Below are positions 46,226 through 55,064 of a DNA stretch of 64,000 nucleotides, one piece after another; the first letter of the stretch is position 1; each line of letters starts with the position of its first letter. The notes beneath the pieces were generated by a model. That model worked only from the letters and a program-made list of their open reading frames with translations. It ran no database searches and was not told the origin of the DNA. The translations under genes were made by a program, and so were the position numbers. Source of the stretch: an uncultured Dehalococcoidia bacterium (GTDB lineage Bacteria > Chloroflexota > Dehalococcoidia > DSTF01 > JACRBR01); the NCBI GenBank assembly GCA_964599885.1, contig CAZRHH010000005.1:23431-87430 (forward strand). The letters are read 5' to 3'.

Positions 46226-49200
46226 CTACACCCGCACGACGCCGAGCGTCACTTCACGCCCGTCGATGCTCGCCGTCTCGCTCTGCGCATCCGCCGGCGG
46301 CGCCGACTCCGTCACCTCCACCGACAGCGTTTCGTTGCGCACGTATTCGTCGTGCTGCTGCATCGCCTCGCGCAGGCCGTCGTCGCCGTCGTAGTACGTG
46401 CGGATGCGGTCGGCGATCTCGAATCCGGCGTCCTTCCGCAGATTCTGGATGCGATGCACAATCTCGCGCGCCAGCCCCTCGCGTTCGAGTTCCGGCGTCA
46501 GTTCCGTCGAGACGATCACCACCGCCCCGTTCTCCTCAGCCGACGCGAACCCTTCGCGCTCGCGCCCGTTGACGAGCAGTTCACCCGCCTCCAACACTTT
46601 GCCTGCGATCTCGACGCTCTCTCCCGCGCCCGCCGCGCGCGCCACCTCCGCCAGGCGCTCATCCGTCAGCGCCCCGAGCGCTTTCGCGATGTCCTGCACC
46701 TCGCGCCCGTACTTCTGCCCGAGCAGCTTGAGATTCGGCTTCACCTCGAACCGCAGGAACGCCGACTCGTCGCGCACAATGCGGATCGCCTTCACGTTCA
46801 GCTCTTCGAGCACCTGCGGCGCGAGACGCTCCAGCGCACGCTCTTCCGCCGCCGTCGGCAACTTCACGAGCAGCTCCGCCACCGGCTGCCGCACCCGCAG
46901 CTGCGCCTTCGCCCGCGCCGCGCGTCCCAACGACGCGACACGCATCACCAGCCGCGTCTCCTCCGACAGCGCGCGGTCGATCTGCGACGCGTCGCTGATC
47001 GGCCAGTCGGCGAGGTGCACGCCTTCCTCCGAATGTGGCGCGTCGCCGCCAGCGCTATCGAAACTGCGCACCAGATTCTGGTACATCTCCTCGGCGAGAA
47101 ACGGCGTAAACGGCGCGAGCAGCTTCGCCACCGTGACGAGACACTCGTACAGCGTCGCGTACGCCGCCAGCTTGTCGCTGTCGCTCTCCGACTTCCAGAA
47201 CCGGCGCCGGCTCCGGCGTACGTACCAGTTCGACAGATCCTCGACGAACGCCTCGACGAGCTTCGTCGCCGGCAACGCGTCAAAATCCTGCAGCGCATCC
47301 GTCACGCCCGCTACGAGCCGATGCAACTCCGACAGCATCCAGCGATCGAGCTCCGTCCGCTCGAGCAACGCGTCGTCGCCACCGGGCGCCCAGCCGTCGA
47401 GCGATGCGTACGTGACGAAGAACGCGTACGTGTTCCACAGCGTCAGGAACATGCCGCGCCGCACTTCATCCGCCGGTCCATAGCCGAAGTTCACGTTGTG
47501 CGCCGGATTCTGCCGGAAGAACAGCCAGCGCATCACATCGACGCCCATGTTGTCCGCCGCGTCGTCGAACCAGATCGCGTTTCCGGCGCTCTTGTGCATC
47601 TCGCGGCCGTGCTCGTCGCGCACCATCGCGTGACCGAGGACCACTTCGAACGGTGGCCGCTTCGTCAGCGCTGTCGACATCGTCAGCAGCGAGTAAAACC
47701 AGTTCCTGAACTGCCCCGGAAACGCCTCCGTGATGAAGTGCGCCGGAAACCACTCCTCCCAATACGCTTCATCGTGCCGATAGTTCAGCGTCGAGTACGG
47801 CACGATCCCCGCGTCCAGCCACGGATTGCCGACGTCGGCGATCCGCGACACCGGCTCGCCGCACTTCGCGCAGGCGATCTTCACCGCATCGATGAACGGC
47901 TTGTGCGGCGAGTGCCCCTCGAACACCTCCCAGCCCTCGATAGCGCGCTCCCGCAGCTCCGTCTCGCTGCCGATCACCTCGAACGTCCCGCACGCCTTGC
48001 AGTCGTATATCGGCAGCGCCAGACCGTAGTAGCGCTTTTTCGAGATCATCCAGTCGTCCATGTTCTTCAGCCAGTCGAGCTCCCGCGCCAAGCCGAAGTC
48101 CGGGATCCAGCGAATCTGCTTCGTTACGTCCGCAATCTGGTGCCGAAGATCGTCCATGCTGATGAACCACTCATCGACCAGCCGGAAGATCAGCTCGGTG
48201 CCACAGCGCCAGCAGTGTGGGTAGCGGTGCGGGTACTGCTGTGTGCGATACATCGCGCCGCTCGCGCGCAGAGCGTCGAAGATCTCGTCGCGCGTTTCCG
48301 GCGCCGAGACGTACTTGCCCGTCAGCGCGCCAAAGCCATCGACGTAGTGACCCTCGTCATCCGCGGGCGCGATCACCGCCAGCCCGAAGTCCTTGCTGAG
48401 ATGAAAGTCTTCCTTGCCGCACCCCGGCGCGATGTGAACGATGCCCGTGCCCTCTTCGTCTGACACATCGTTCCACGCGATGACCCGATGCTCGACGTTC
48501 GCACCAACAGCCGCCGGCAGCTCGTCGAACGGCCCGCGATACGTCAGTCCGACGAGTTCAGCGCCCTTCACTTCGCCCAGCACTTCGTGCTCGCCCTTAA
48601 GCGCCGTCTTCGCCGCGCCTTTCGACACGTACAGCACGTCGTCGCCCTGCCGCACGCGCAAATATGTCAGCTCCGGATGCACCGCAGCGGCGACGTTGCC
48701 CGGCAGCGTCCACGGCGTCGTCGTCCACACCAGCAGCGATTCGCCCGCGCGCTCGGCGAGCGGAAACTTCACGTAGACGCTGGTGTGCGTGATCTCGCGA
48801 TAGCCGTCGGTGACGATCTCGTGCTCCGACAGCCCCGTGCCGCAGCGCGGACACCACGGCATCACGTCGTGCCCCTTGTACACCCAGCCGCGCTCGAAGC
48901 ACGTCTTGAGGAACATCCAGATGGTGTAGTTGTTCTCGTCGGAGTTTGTGTAGTACGAGTTGTCCCAGTCCATCCAGTAGCCGAGCCGGATCGACTGCTG
49001 CGTCTGCACCGCCGCGAAGTGCGCCACGCGATCCTTGCACTCCTGCACGAACTCCGCGACGCCGTACGCCACGATGTCCTTCTTCGATGTGAACCCGTGC
49101 GCCCTTTCGACTTCGACTTCGATCCACAATCCCTGGCAGTCGAAGCCGTTCTGGTAGCGCTGCTTCTCGCCGAGCATCGTGTGAAAGCGCTGCCACAGAT

Positions 49201-49396
49201 CCTTGTACGAGCGCCCCCACGCGTGGTGCACGCCCATCGGGTTGTTCGCCGTGATCGGCCCGTCGATAAACGACCACCGCCGCTCGGACGCCTCGTTACG
49301 CCGCAGGTACTTCGCGATCATCTCGCGCTCATCCCACCAGCGCTGCGTCGCCTTCTCCATCTCGACGAACCCCGGCCGAGTCGATACGGGTTTCAT
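46226..49396 (-). CDS. ileS: Isoleucine--tRNA ligase, eukaryote/archaeal-like (type 2)
   Basis: Start at internal Met 'MKPVSTRPGFVEMEKATQRWWDE' with SD AGGAGA. 'GPITANNPMGVHHAWGRSYKDL' (HIGH region), editing domain, 'EMHKSAGN' (KMSKS region); 1056 aa. Confidence 0.93.
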   Translation of the reverse strand: MKPVSTRPGFVEMEKATQRWWDEREMIAKYLRRNEASERRWSFIDGPITANNPMGVHHAWGRSYKDLWQRFHTMLGEKQRYQNGFDCQGLWIEVEVERAHGFTSKKDIVAYGVAEFVQECKDRVAHFAAVQTQQSIRLGYWMDWDNSYYTNSDENNYTIWMFLKTCFERGWVYKGHDVMPWCPRCGTGLSEHEIVTDGYREITHTSVYVKFPLAERAGESLLVWTTTPWTLPGNVAAAVHPELTYLRVRQGDDVLYVSKGAAKTALKGEHEVLGEVKGAELVGLTYRGPFDELPAAVGANVEHRVIAWNDVSDEEGTGIVHIAPGCGKEDFHLSKDFGLAVIAPADDEGHYVDGFGALTGKYVSAPETRDEIFDALRASGAMYRTQQYPHRYPHCWRCGTELIFRLVDEWFISMDDLRHQIADVTKQIRWIPDFGLARELDWLKNMDDWMISKKRYYGLALPIYDCKACGTFEVIGSETELRERAIEGWEVFEGHSPHKPFIDAVKIACAKCGEPVSRIADVGNPWLDAGIVPYSTLNYRHDEAYWEEWFPAHFITEAFPGQFRNWFYSLLTMSTALTKRPPFEVVLGHAMVRDEHGREMHKSAGNAIWFDDAADNMGVDVMRWLFFRQNPAHNVNFGYGPADEVRRGMFLTLWNTYAFFVTYASLDGWAPGGDDALLERTELDRWMLSELHRLVAGVTDALQDFDALPATKLVEAFVEDLSNWYVRRSRRRFWKSESDSDKLAAYATLYECLVTVAKLLAPFTPFLAEEMYQNLVRSFDSAGGDAPHSEEGVHLADWPISDASQIDRALSEETRLVMRVASLGRAARAKAQLRVRQPVAELLVKLPTAAEERALERLAPQVLEELNVKAIRIVRDESAFLRFEVKPNLKLLGQKYGREVQDIAKALGALTDERLAEVARAAGAGESVEIAGKVLEAGELLVNGREREGFASAEENGAVVIVSTELTPELEREGLAREIVHRIQNLRKDAGFEIADRIRTYYDGDDGLREAMQQHDEYVRNETLSVEVTESAPPADAQSETASIDGREVTLGVVRV

Positions 49397-49444
49397 GTTA
49401 TGTCTCCTAATGTTTCCGGCGGGCCGTCGCCGAAGCGCACACGA

Positions 49445-49700
49445 AAAAACCCGCCCCTCATTCCAAGGGACGGGCCGAAACGCCGGTCCGCGGTACCACC
49501 CTGCTTCTCGCCGCACGGCGAGCGCTCGACGGGCGCAAACACGCCCTGCCCTGCTAACGGGGGCTCCGGGCACGCCTACCGCCCGCCGCAGCGGACATTC
49601 AGCATGCCGGCTCAGGAGTGATCTTCAGTCGCCGCGCCCTGCGTCCGGCTCGCACCAGCCCCGGACTCGCTTCGCCGCGGCGGCAACCTACTCGTCTCCG
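49445..49700 (-). promoter_or_regulatory. T-box riboswitch leader (Ile specifier AUC) controlling ileS
   Basis: On the minus strand there is a specifier-like 'GAAGAUCACUC', the conserved T-box 'AGGGUGGUACCGCGG', and a terminator CCCGUCCC-UUGGAAUGA-GGGGCGGG-UUUUUU about 50 nt before the ileS ATG. A possible promoter TTGTCG-16-TATACT lies upstream. Confidence 0.75.
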
Positions 49701-49861
49701 TCAACGCCTGTGTGGGCAGTATAGACCGCGCGCCCAGTCCGACAAGGAGCTCTTCCCTACTTCCTCCCTCATCGCATTGCATTTCCATCTATTTCCTATC
49801 CTATTGGAGCTTCCTTTGGTCGATAGTAGAGGAGCATCATCTGATTGCAGGCGGAGGCACC

Positions 49862-50422
49862 ATGAACGCACCCGAGACCGACCCGTTCGCCTCGCTCGCC
49901 TGGATCAAGCGCGAAGCGTCGAAGGATCCGCTCGTGCTCGTCGACATGCTTCAGTACGGCTACCACCGTCTGCTCGACGCCGTCACCGAGCTGACTGAGG
50001 AGCAAGCGGCGGCGCGCACCGCTGCCGGAGTATCGCCCCTCGATCTGCTCGCCGAAGTTGCTGCGGCACGCCGTCGTTGCGTCATCGCCAGCACCGCGCT
50101 CGCCAATGGCCGTGTCCCCGACCTCCGCGACGAAGCCCGTTCGCGCCTCGAAATCACGTCGCTCGCGTCCGCTCGCGTCGCGCTCGAACGCACGCAGGCC
50201 GAACTCCTCGCCTTCATCCACGCCCTCTGGCCGATCACGAACGTCACCGCCCGCTGGGGCGACACACCGCACGGCGAGCTCAACTGCAAAGAATGGCTCG
50301 TCTACCAGCGCACCCTCGACGAGCAGTACGCCGAGCGCATAGCGCAAATCGCCGCCGCGTTGAATGATGCCAAAAGCGGCGACGCCGGGGGCGAGTTGCT
50401 TGAAGACGAAGCTGTAGCATAG
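49862..50422 (+). CDS. Hypothetical helical protein, possibly DinB-like
   Basis: SD GGAGG. Helical, with 'LVLVDMLQYGYHRLLDAVTELTEEQ' (His-containing first helix); weak family assignment. Confidence 0.35.
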   Translation: MNAPETDPFASLAWIKREASKDPLVLVDMLQYGYHRLLDAVTELTEEQAAARTAAGVSPLDLLAEVAAARRRCVIASTALANGRVPDLRDEARSRLEITSLASARVALERTQAELLAFIHALWPITNVTARWGDTPHGELNCKEWLVYQRTLDEQYAERIAQIAAALNDAKSGDAGGELLEDEAVA

Positions 50423-50426
50423 GGCG

Positions 50427-51395
50427 CTACGGCACCATCACCACCCGCCCAAACGCCGCACGGCTCTCGATGTACGCGTGCGCCGCCGCCGCTTCCGACA
50501 GCGGAAACGTCTTGTCGATGACCACGGTCAGCTCGCCCTTCGCAATATCGCGCAGCAGCCCATCCATCATCGGCAACACGCGCGCCGCACTGCGAAACGT
50601 CTCCAACCCGAAGAACACGCCCGTGATCGACCCGTTCGTACCGCTCAGCGCGCTGATGTCGATCGCCTTCCCTTCGCGGCTGATGTTGCCGACGGTAATC
50701 ACGCGCCCGCGATACGCCGCGCACATCAGGCTGCCCTCAAGCGTCTTCCCGCCGACGGAATCGATCACCAGATCGGCGCCGGCGCCGTTCGTCGCCTTGC
50801 GCACCGCATCGACGAAGTCGCCGCTGCGATAGTTGATGCCCGTATCCATGCCATACTGCTTCAGCCGATCCAGCTTCTCGTCGCTCGACGACGTCGCCAG
50901 CACCGTCGCGCCGGCGCGCTTCGCGAGCTGCACGCACGCGATGCCGACGCCGCTCGTCCCGGCCTGCACGAGCACCGTTTCGCCCGCCTTCAGGCGTCCG
51001 AACTCGAACACGCAGTCATTCGCCGTCCCCCACGATACGGGCACGCCGGCGGCCGCCTCTATCGAGCACCCGTCCGGTACGAGGAAGGTCGACGTCGCCG
51101 GCACGGAAACGACCGTAGCGTGCGACCCGCTCGCCATCAGCGCCGTCACGCGATCGCCCGGCTTGCGATCCGTCACCTGCGCGCCGACCTCACGTATGAC
51201 GCCCGCGCAGTTGTAGCCGACAACATGCGGCTTCGACGACAGCGCGCCACCGGCGCGATTCAGCACGTCGCCGCCTTCGATCGCGATCGCCTGCACGTCG
51301 ATCAGCACGCCTTGCGGATGCAGCGACGGATCGGGCACGTCTTCATACCGGAACACGTCGGGTCCGCCGTTCTCGTAATACACCGCTGCTTTCAT
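50427..51395 (-). CDS. Zinc-independent MDR-family NAD(P)H:quinone oxidoreductase
   Basis: 'MKAAVYYENGGPDVFRYEDVPDP', and the nucleotide-binding 'VLVQAGTSGVGIACVQLAKRAGATVLAT'. Confidence 0.85.
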   Translation of the reverse strand: MKAAVYYENGGPDVFRYEDVPDPSLHPQGVLIDVQAIAIEGGDVLNRAGGALSSKPHVVGYNCAGVIREVGAQVTDRKPGDRVTALMASGSHATVVSVPATSTFLVPDGCSIEAAAGVPVSWGTANDCVFEFGRLKAGETVLVQAGTSGVGIACVQLAKRAGATVLATSSSDEKLDRLKQYGMDTGINYRSGDFVDAVRKATNGAGADLVIDSVGGKTLEGSLMCAAYRGRVITVGNISREGKAIDISALSGTNGSITGVFFGLETFRSAARVLPMMDGLLRDIAKGELTVVIDKTFPLSEAAAAHAYIESRAAFGRVVMVP

Positions 51396-51476
51396 GACCT
51401 ACTCCGTTCATTCCTAGGCATGTGCTTCAGCCGTGACCAAACACTAAACACCACACACCAGTCCAACAATTTGCGG

Positions 51477-51929
51477 CTATCGCCCGTCTGGCAGTTCTAC
51501 CGGCGGATCCATGATCTCCATCATCCGCTCCGGGTGCGCCAGCCGCCGGAACCCGAACTTCTCGTACAGCCCATGTGCATCCGCCGTCGCCAGCCGAAAC
51601 ACACGCATCCCCTGCAACGCCGGATGCCCGACGATCGTCTCCACGAGCCAGACGCCGATCCCGCTACCGCGCTCATCTTCGTGTACGAATACATCGGCCA
51701 TGTACGCAAACGTCGCATAGTCGGTGATCACGCGCGCGAACCCAACCTGCGCACCCGCCGCGTCGTACACACCAAACACCAGCGATCCCGCGATCGATCG
51801 CTCGACGACCTCCCGCCCGATATCCGGCGCCCAATACGACCGCTGCAGGAACGCGTGTACCACATCGACATCGACGCGCTCCCGGTCCGTGCTGATTTCG
51901 TATCCATCGCGGCGCCACAGGTCGGCCAC
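51477..51929 (-). CDS. GNAT-family N-acetyltransferase
   Basis: 'VHEDERGSGIGVWLVETIV' acetyl-CoA-binding motif; 150 aa. Confidence 0.8.
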   Translation of the reverse strand: MADLWRRDGYEISTDRERVDVDVVHAFLQRSYWAPDIGREVVERSIAGSLVFGVYDAAGAQVGFARVITDYATFAYMADVFVHEDERGSGIGVWLVETIVGHPALQGMRVFRLATADAHGLYEKFGFRRLAHPERMMEIMDPPVELPDGR

Positions 51930-51932
51930 GCG

Positions 51933-52610
51933 TTACGCCAGGTGTTCGCGAAAGAACGCCAGTGTGCGATCCCACGACTGCTCGGCCGCCGCTTCGTTGT
52001 AGACTTCCGGCCGCGTGTCGTTGAAGAACGCATGCTCCGTGCCGGGATAGATGTGCATCGTCACGGCCTTGCCCGCGTCGCGCAATTCCTGCTCAAGCGT
52101 GCGCGCTACATCTGGCGACGCCCAGCCGTCGTTCTGCGCGTAGTGCCCCAGCACCGGACCCGCGATCTTCGACACATCCGGCTTGTTGCCTCCGGCGATC
52201 GCGCCGTAGTACACCACGCACGCATCGACTGGCTTCATCGCCGCGATATACAGCGACAGCCCGCCTCCCAGGCAGAAACCCACGCTGCCAACCTTCCCGT
52301 TCGTGCGCGCGTGCGCCTTCAGATAGTCGTACGCGCCCGACATGTCCTTCGCGGCTTCGTCGATCTTCATCGACATCATGAGCTTGCCCGCCTGATCCGG
52401 CTCCGTCGTCGTCTTGCCGTGAAACAAGTCCGGCGCCAGCGCGACGAACCCTTCCGCAGCAAACCGGTCCGCGATGTTCTTGATGTGCGGCACCAGCCCC
52501 CACCACTCCTGGATAACGATCACGCCAGGCCCGCCGCCATCGAACGGCAACGACAGGTAACCCTCCGTCGTGCCGCCGTTGCTCGGAAACGACACCATCT
52601 GCCCCGCCAT
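51933..52610 (-). CDS. Dienelactone-hydrolase-family alpha/beta hydrolase
   Basis: 'GVIVIQEWWGL', the nucleophile elbow 'GFCLGGGLS', and C-terminal 'YPGTEHAF'. Start at an internal Met (alternatives 52652 or 52598). Confidence 0.8.
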   Translation of the reverse strand: MAGQMVSFPSNGGTTEGYLSLPFDGGGPGVIVIQEWWGLVPHIKNIADRFAAEGFVALAPDLFHGKTTTEPDQAGKLMMSMKIDEAAKDMSGAYDYLKAHARTNGKVGSVGFCLGGGLSLYIAAMKPVDACVVYYGAIAGGNKPDVSKIAGPVLGHYAQNDGWASPDVARTLEQELRDAGKAVTMHIYPGTEHAFFNDTRPEVYNEAAAEQSWDRTLAFFREHLA

Positions 52611-52881
52611 AAGCGCACTCCTTCCGCAAGCATCGCGCCCGCGCAACGCCATGTATCGATCGAAACAATGCGATCAAAGCACGTCTCGTCCGTGCGGACA
52701 AGCTGGATCCCGAAACGCCGCCAGCGGTAGCGGCGCACCCGCGTGTGCGCCCCGGTACCGCGCGACGGCGCCACCGATGTGTTGAAGGGGTTCGCGCCAT
52801 CCGCCTGCTAGGGAAGCGGCCAAGGTGGTCATCAACGCAAATTCGATCCAGCGCGGCCTCGCCGCTCCTGCGCCCGGCTGC

Positions 52882-53079
52882 CTACACCGGACGTCGCCTA
52901 TGCAGCGGATCCGCCATGAGCGCCCAGCACGCGGCGACGAACGTTGGATGCCCGACCCGATCCGTGTAGTGCGGCGCCGTCGCCACCGCCGCCGATCGCG
53001 CACAGCTCGCGAGCTGCGACCGCCGCGCGTCGATGCGCCGTTCTCGCTGAATCGCCCAGAGCGTCAGTTCCGTGTCCAT
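52882..53079 (-). CDS. Possible small basic protein (65 aa)
   Basis: ATG preceded by GAGGAGG at -6. Located in a 600-bp region otherwise lacking convincing genes. Confidence 0.3.
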   Translation of the reverse strand: MDTELTLWAIQRERRIDARRSQLASCARSAAVATAPHYTDRVGHPTFVAACWALMADPLHRRRPV

Positions 53080-53271
53080 GCGGCCTCCTCGCGCCGGATT
53101 CCATGCCGCGCCTTCGCAGTCACGTTCCGTTCGCTAGTCGCTAGTTTTTAGCATGTGACTGGCAGGAAGTCAAGTCGGGAAGCCGCCGAGCGCGGACGCA
53201 CAACGGGCCACTCCGATCCTAATTCGAGGCCGCAGCGGTACACCTTTGCGGCCCGGCGGCGTTCTACGATC

Positions 53272-54333
53272 ATGAGACCGCACCTCGCCCTTCTGGTGTT
53301 CGGCGTCCTGACGGCGCTGCTCGTCCCAACGCTCCTCGCCCGCGCGCAATCCGCTCCGCCGAACGACGACTTCGCCGGCTACACCTTCTTCGGAATCTCG
53401 GCGCTGAGCCCAACGTTCACCGACACGACATCCACCGTCGGCGCCACGCTAGAGTCTGGCGAACCCGTCTGTACCGAGGGCGGAGGCGCCACCGTTTGGT
53501 ACGTCTTCTATCCTGACGTACCGGGGGAGATCGTCGTCGACACGGCCGGAAGCGATTTTGGCACGACCGTCGCCGTCTATCGCATTACCGACTTCGCGCC
53601 CTCACCGCCAGGTGGAAGTCTTGAGGAGATCACCTGTACGGGCGGCCCTTCATCGAGTCGTGCGGAATTCACCGCCCAGAGCGGCATGGGTTTGTACGCA
53701 ATTCAGATTGGTGGCTTCAACGGCGAATCCGGAACACTGCGACTTAACGTCTCGTGCGAACGCGGCTGCCCGCCCTACAACGACGCCATTGCCCTCGCAC
53801 CACATGTGTTCGAGGTCCCGTACAGGGACGAGGTCCGCACGGTCGACGCGACCACCGAAGCCGGCGAGCCCCTGCCGTGCGGCGGCATCGGCAGGACAGT
53901 CTGGCAGCGGATCGAAACCAGCGAGTCCGCCGGTCACGTCATCGGCGTCCAGGCGACCGCGGACTTCACGCCCGTGATCGCGGTCTACAAACAGAGCGAT
54001 GAATCGATCTCGCCCCCGCCCGGCGCGCTGGCTCTGCTGACATGCCGCGTCCCCGAACCGGGTACGCGGTCTCTGAACGTCGGCTTCACGACCGAGGCGT
54101 ATACCATCTACTACGTCCAAACCGGCGGCACCAACGCCGCGGGTGGCATGGTCGGAATCACCATCACGTGCTCGACCGAGGTGTGCCGCTTCGTCGGCGA
54201 CTCGCCGACGCCAGACACGGACGGCGGCCACGGACTCGACGACCCCGGTCGTGGCGGATCTGGCACGATCGTACTGCCGGAGACGGGCTCCGGCGGATAC
54301 CTTGCGGATGAAGCGCCGAAGCCCCAGTTCTGA
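53272..54333 (+). CDS. Secreted protein with two tandem about 120-aa PPC-like domains and a C-terminal LPETG motif
   Basis: Signal peptide 'MRPHLALLVFGVLTALLVPTLLARA'. Internal duplication ('NDDFAGYTF..GEPVCTEGGGATVWYVF' vs 'YNDAIALAPHVF..GEPLPCGGIGRTVWQRI'). Ends 'LPETGSGGYLADEAPKPQF'. Confidence 0.5.
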   Translation: MRPHLALLVFGVLTALLVPTLLARAQSAPPNDDFAGYTFFGISALSPTFTDTTSTVGATLESGEPVCTEGGGATVWYVFYPDVPGEIVVDTAGSDFGTTVAVYRITDFAPSPPGGSLEEITCTGGPSSSRAEFTAQSGMGLYAIQIGGFNGESGTLRLNVSCERGCPPYNDAIALAPHVFEVPYRDEVRTVDATTEAGEPLPCGGIGRTVWQRIETSESAGHVIGVQATADFTPVIAVYKQSDESISPPPGALALLTCRVPEPGTRSLNVGFTTEAYTIYYVQTGGTNAAGGMVGITITCSTEVCRFVGDSPTPDTDGGHGLDDPGRGGSGTIVLPETGSGGYLADEAPKPQF

Positions 54334-54343
54334 CTTCGGCGCG

Positions 54344-54808
54344 CTACGGCTCGAGACCCATCGCGGCGGCAGCCTCCCGACGCTTGAACTTGCGCCGGGT
54401 ATCGCGCGGGGCCACAGCCTCACCGCAGTGATCGCACATGCTGACGAGCTTCACATCGTGCCCGCACTCATCGTGGACGATGCTCAGTCCGTCGTACAGG
54501 TGCTTGCCGCCCCACTCCACCAGCGCCTGCAGCACCGTGTACAGCCCCTGTCCCTTGCGCGTCAGCTTGTACCGCGCGCGCGGCGGGTGCTCCTCGTAAA
54601 ACTCCCGCTCGACGACGCCATGCGCCTCGAGGAGCTTGAGTCGATCCGACAGCACGTTCGGCGCGATGCCCGCGAGAGACTGAGACAGCTCGACGTACTT
54701 CCGCGGCCCAAGCGCCAACAGATCACGCACGATCAGCAATGTCCACCGATCGCCGACGACGTCCAACGTCTTCGCCACCGGACACGGCAACCCATAATCC
54801 TTAGCCAT
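54344..54808 (-). CDS. HxlR-family winged-helix transcriptional regulator with C-terminal Cys/His cluster
   Basis: 'CPVAKTLDVVGDRWTLLIVRDLL...RYKLTRKG' HxlR signature; C-terminal 'HDECGHDV...CDHCG'. Confidence 0.8.
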   Translation of the reverse strand: MAKDYGLPCPVAKTLDVVGDRWTLLIVRDLLALGPRKYVELSQSLAGIAPNVLSDRLKLLEAHGVVEREFYEEHPPRARYKLTRKGQGLYTVLQALVEWGGKHLYDGLSIVHDECGHDVKLVSMCDHCGEAVAPRDTRRKFKRREAAAAMGLEP

Positions 54809-54892
54809 CTGTAGCCTCCATGTTCAGGGTACGATCGCCGCTATCGTTTTGCAAGTGACCGCACCTCGTCCGTCATCTCACGCTTCTTCAGG

Positions 54893-54955
54893 CGCCGAAC
54901 CGCGTTCTTTGGTCGGTTCTGTGTTCTCTGCTCTTTGCTCTCTGTTCTCTGTTCT
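54893..54955 (+). promoter_or_regulatory. CT-rich direct-repeat array (TGTTCTC/TGCTCTT units) in the glnA upstream region
   Basis: 'GTTCTGTGTTCTCTGCTCTTTGCTCTCTGTTCTCTGTTCTCGG' lies 110-170 nt upstream of the glnA ATG. Confidence 0.35.
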
Positions 54956-55064
54956 CGGGCACAACCGTGTTAAGACTGCATTACGCCACCGTCAGGTGAC
55001 GCGCCCGCCTCACAATCCGCTCACCCCCGGTCGATACAATGACGCCGAACAACAGGGAGAACAG

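Noticed and set aside
46352-48463. 703-aa plus-strand ORF
   Set aside because: Antisense to ileS. Arg/His-rich shadow ORF.
50478-52730. 750-aa plus-strand ORF
   Set aside because: Spans antisense to three well-supported minus-strand genes (quinone oxidoreductase, GNAT, dienelactone hydrolase).
54880-55064. Glutamine riboswitch (glnA RNA motif) in the glnA leader
   Set aside because: I could not recognise the conserved E-loop/pseudoknot sequence of the glutamine-II or glnA motif in this 185-nt leader. Only the CT-rich repeats stand out.
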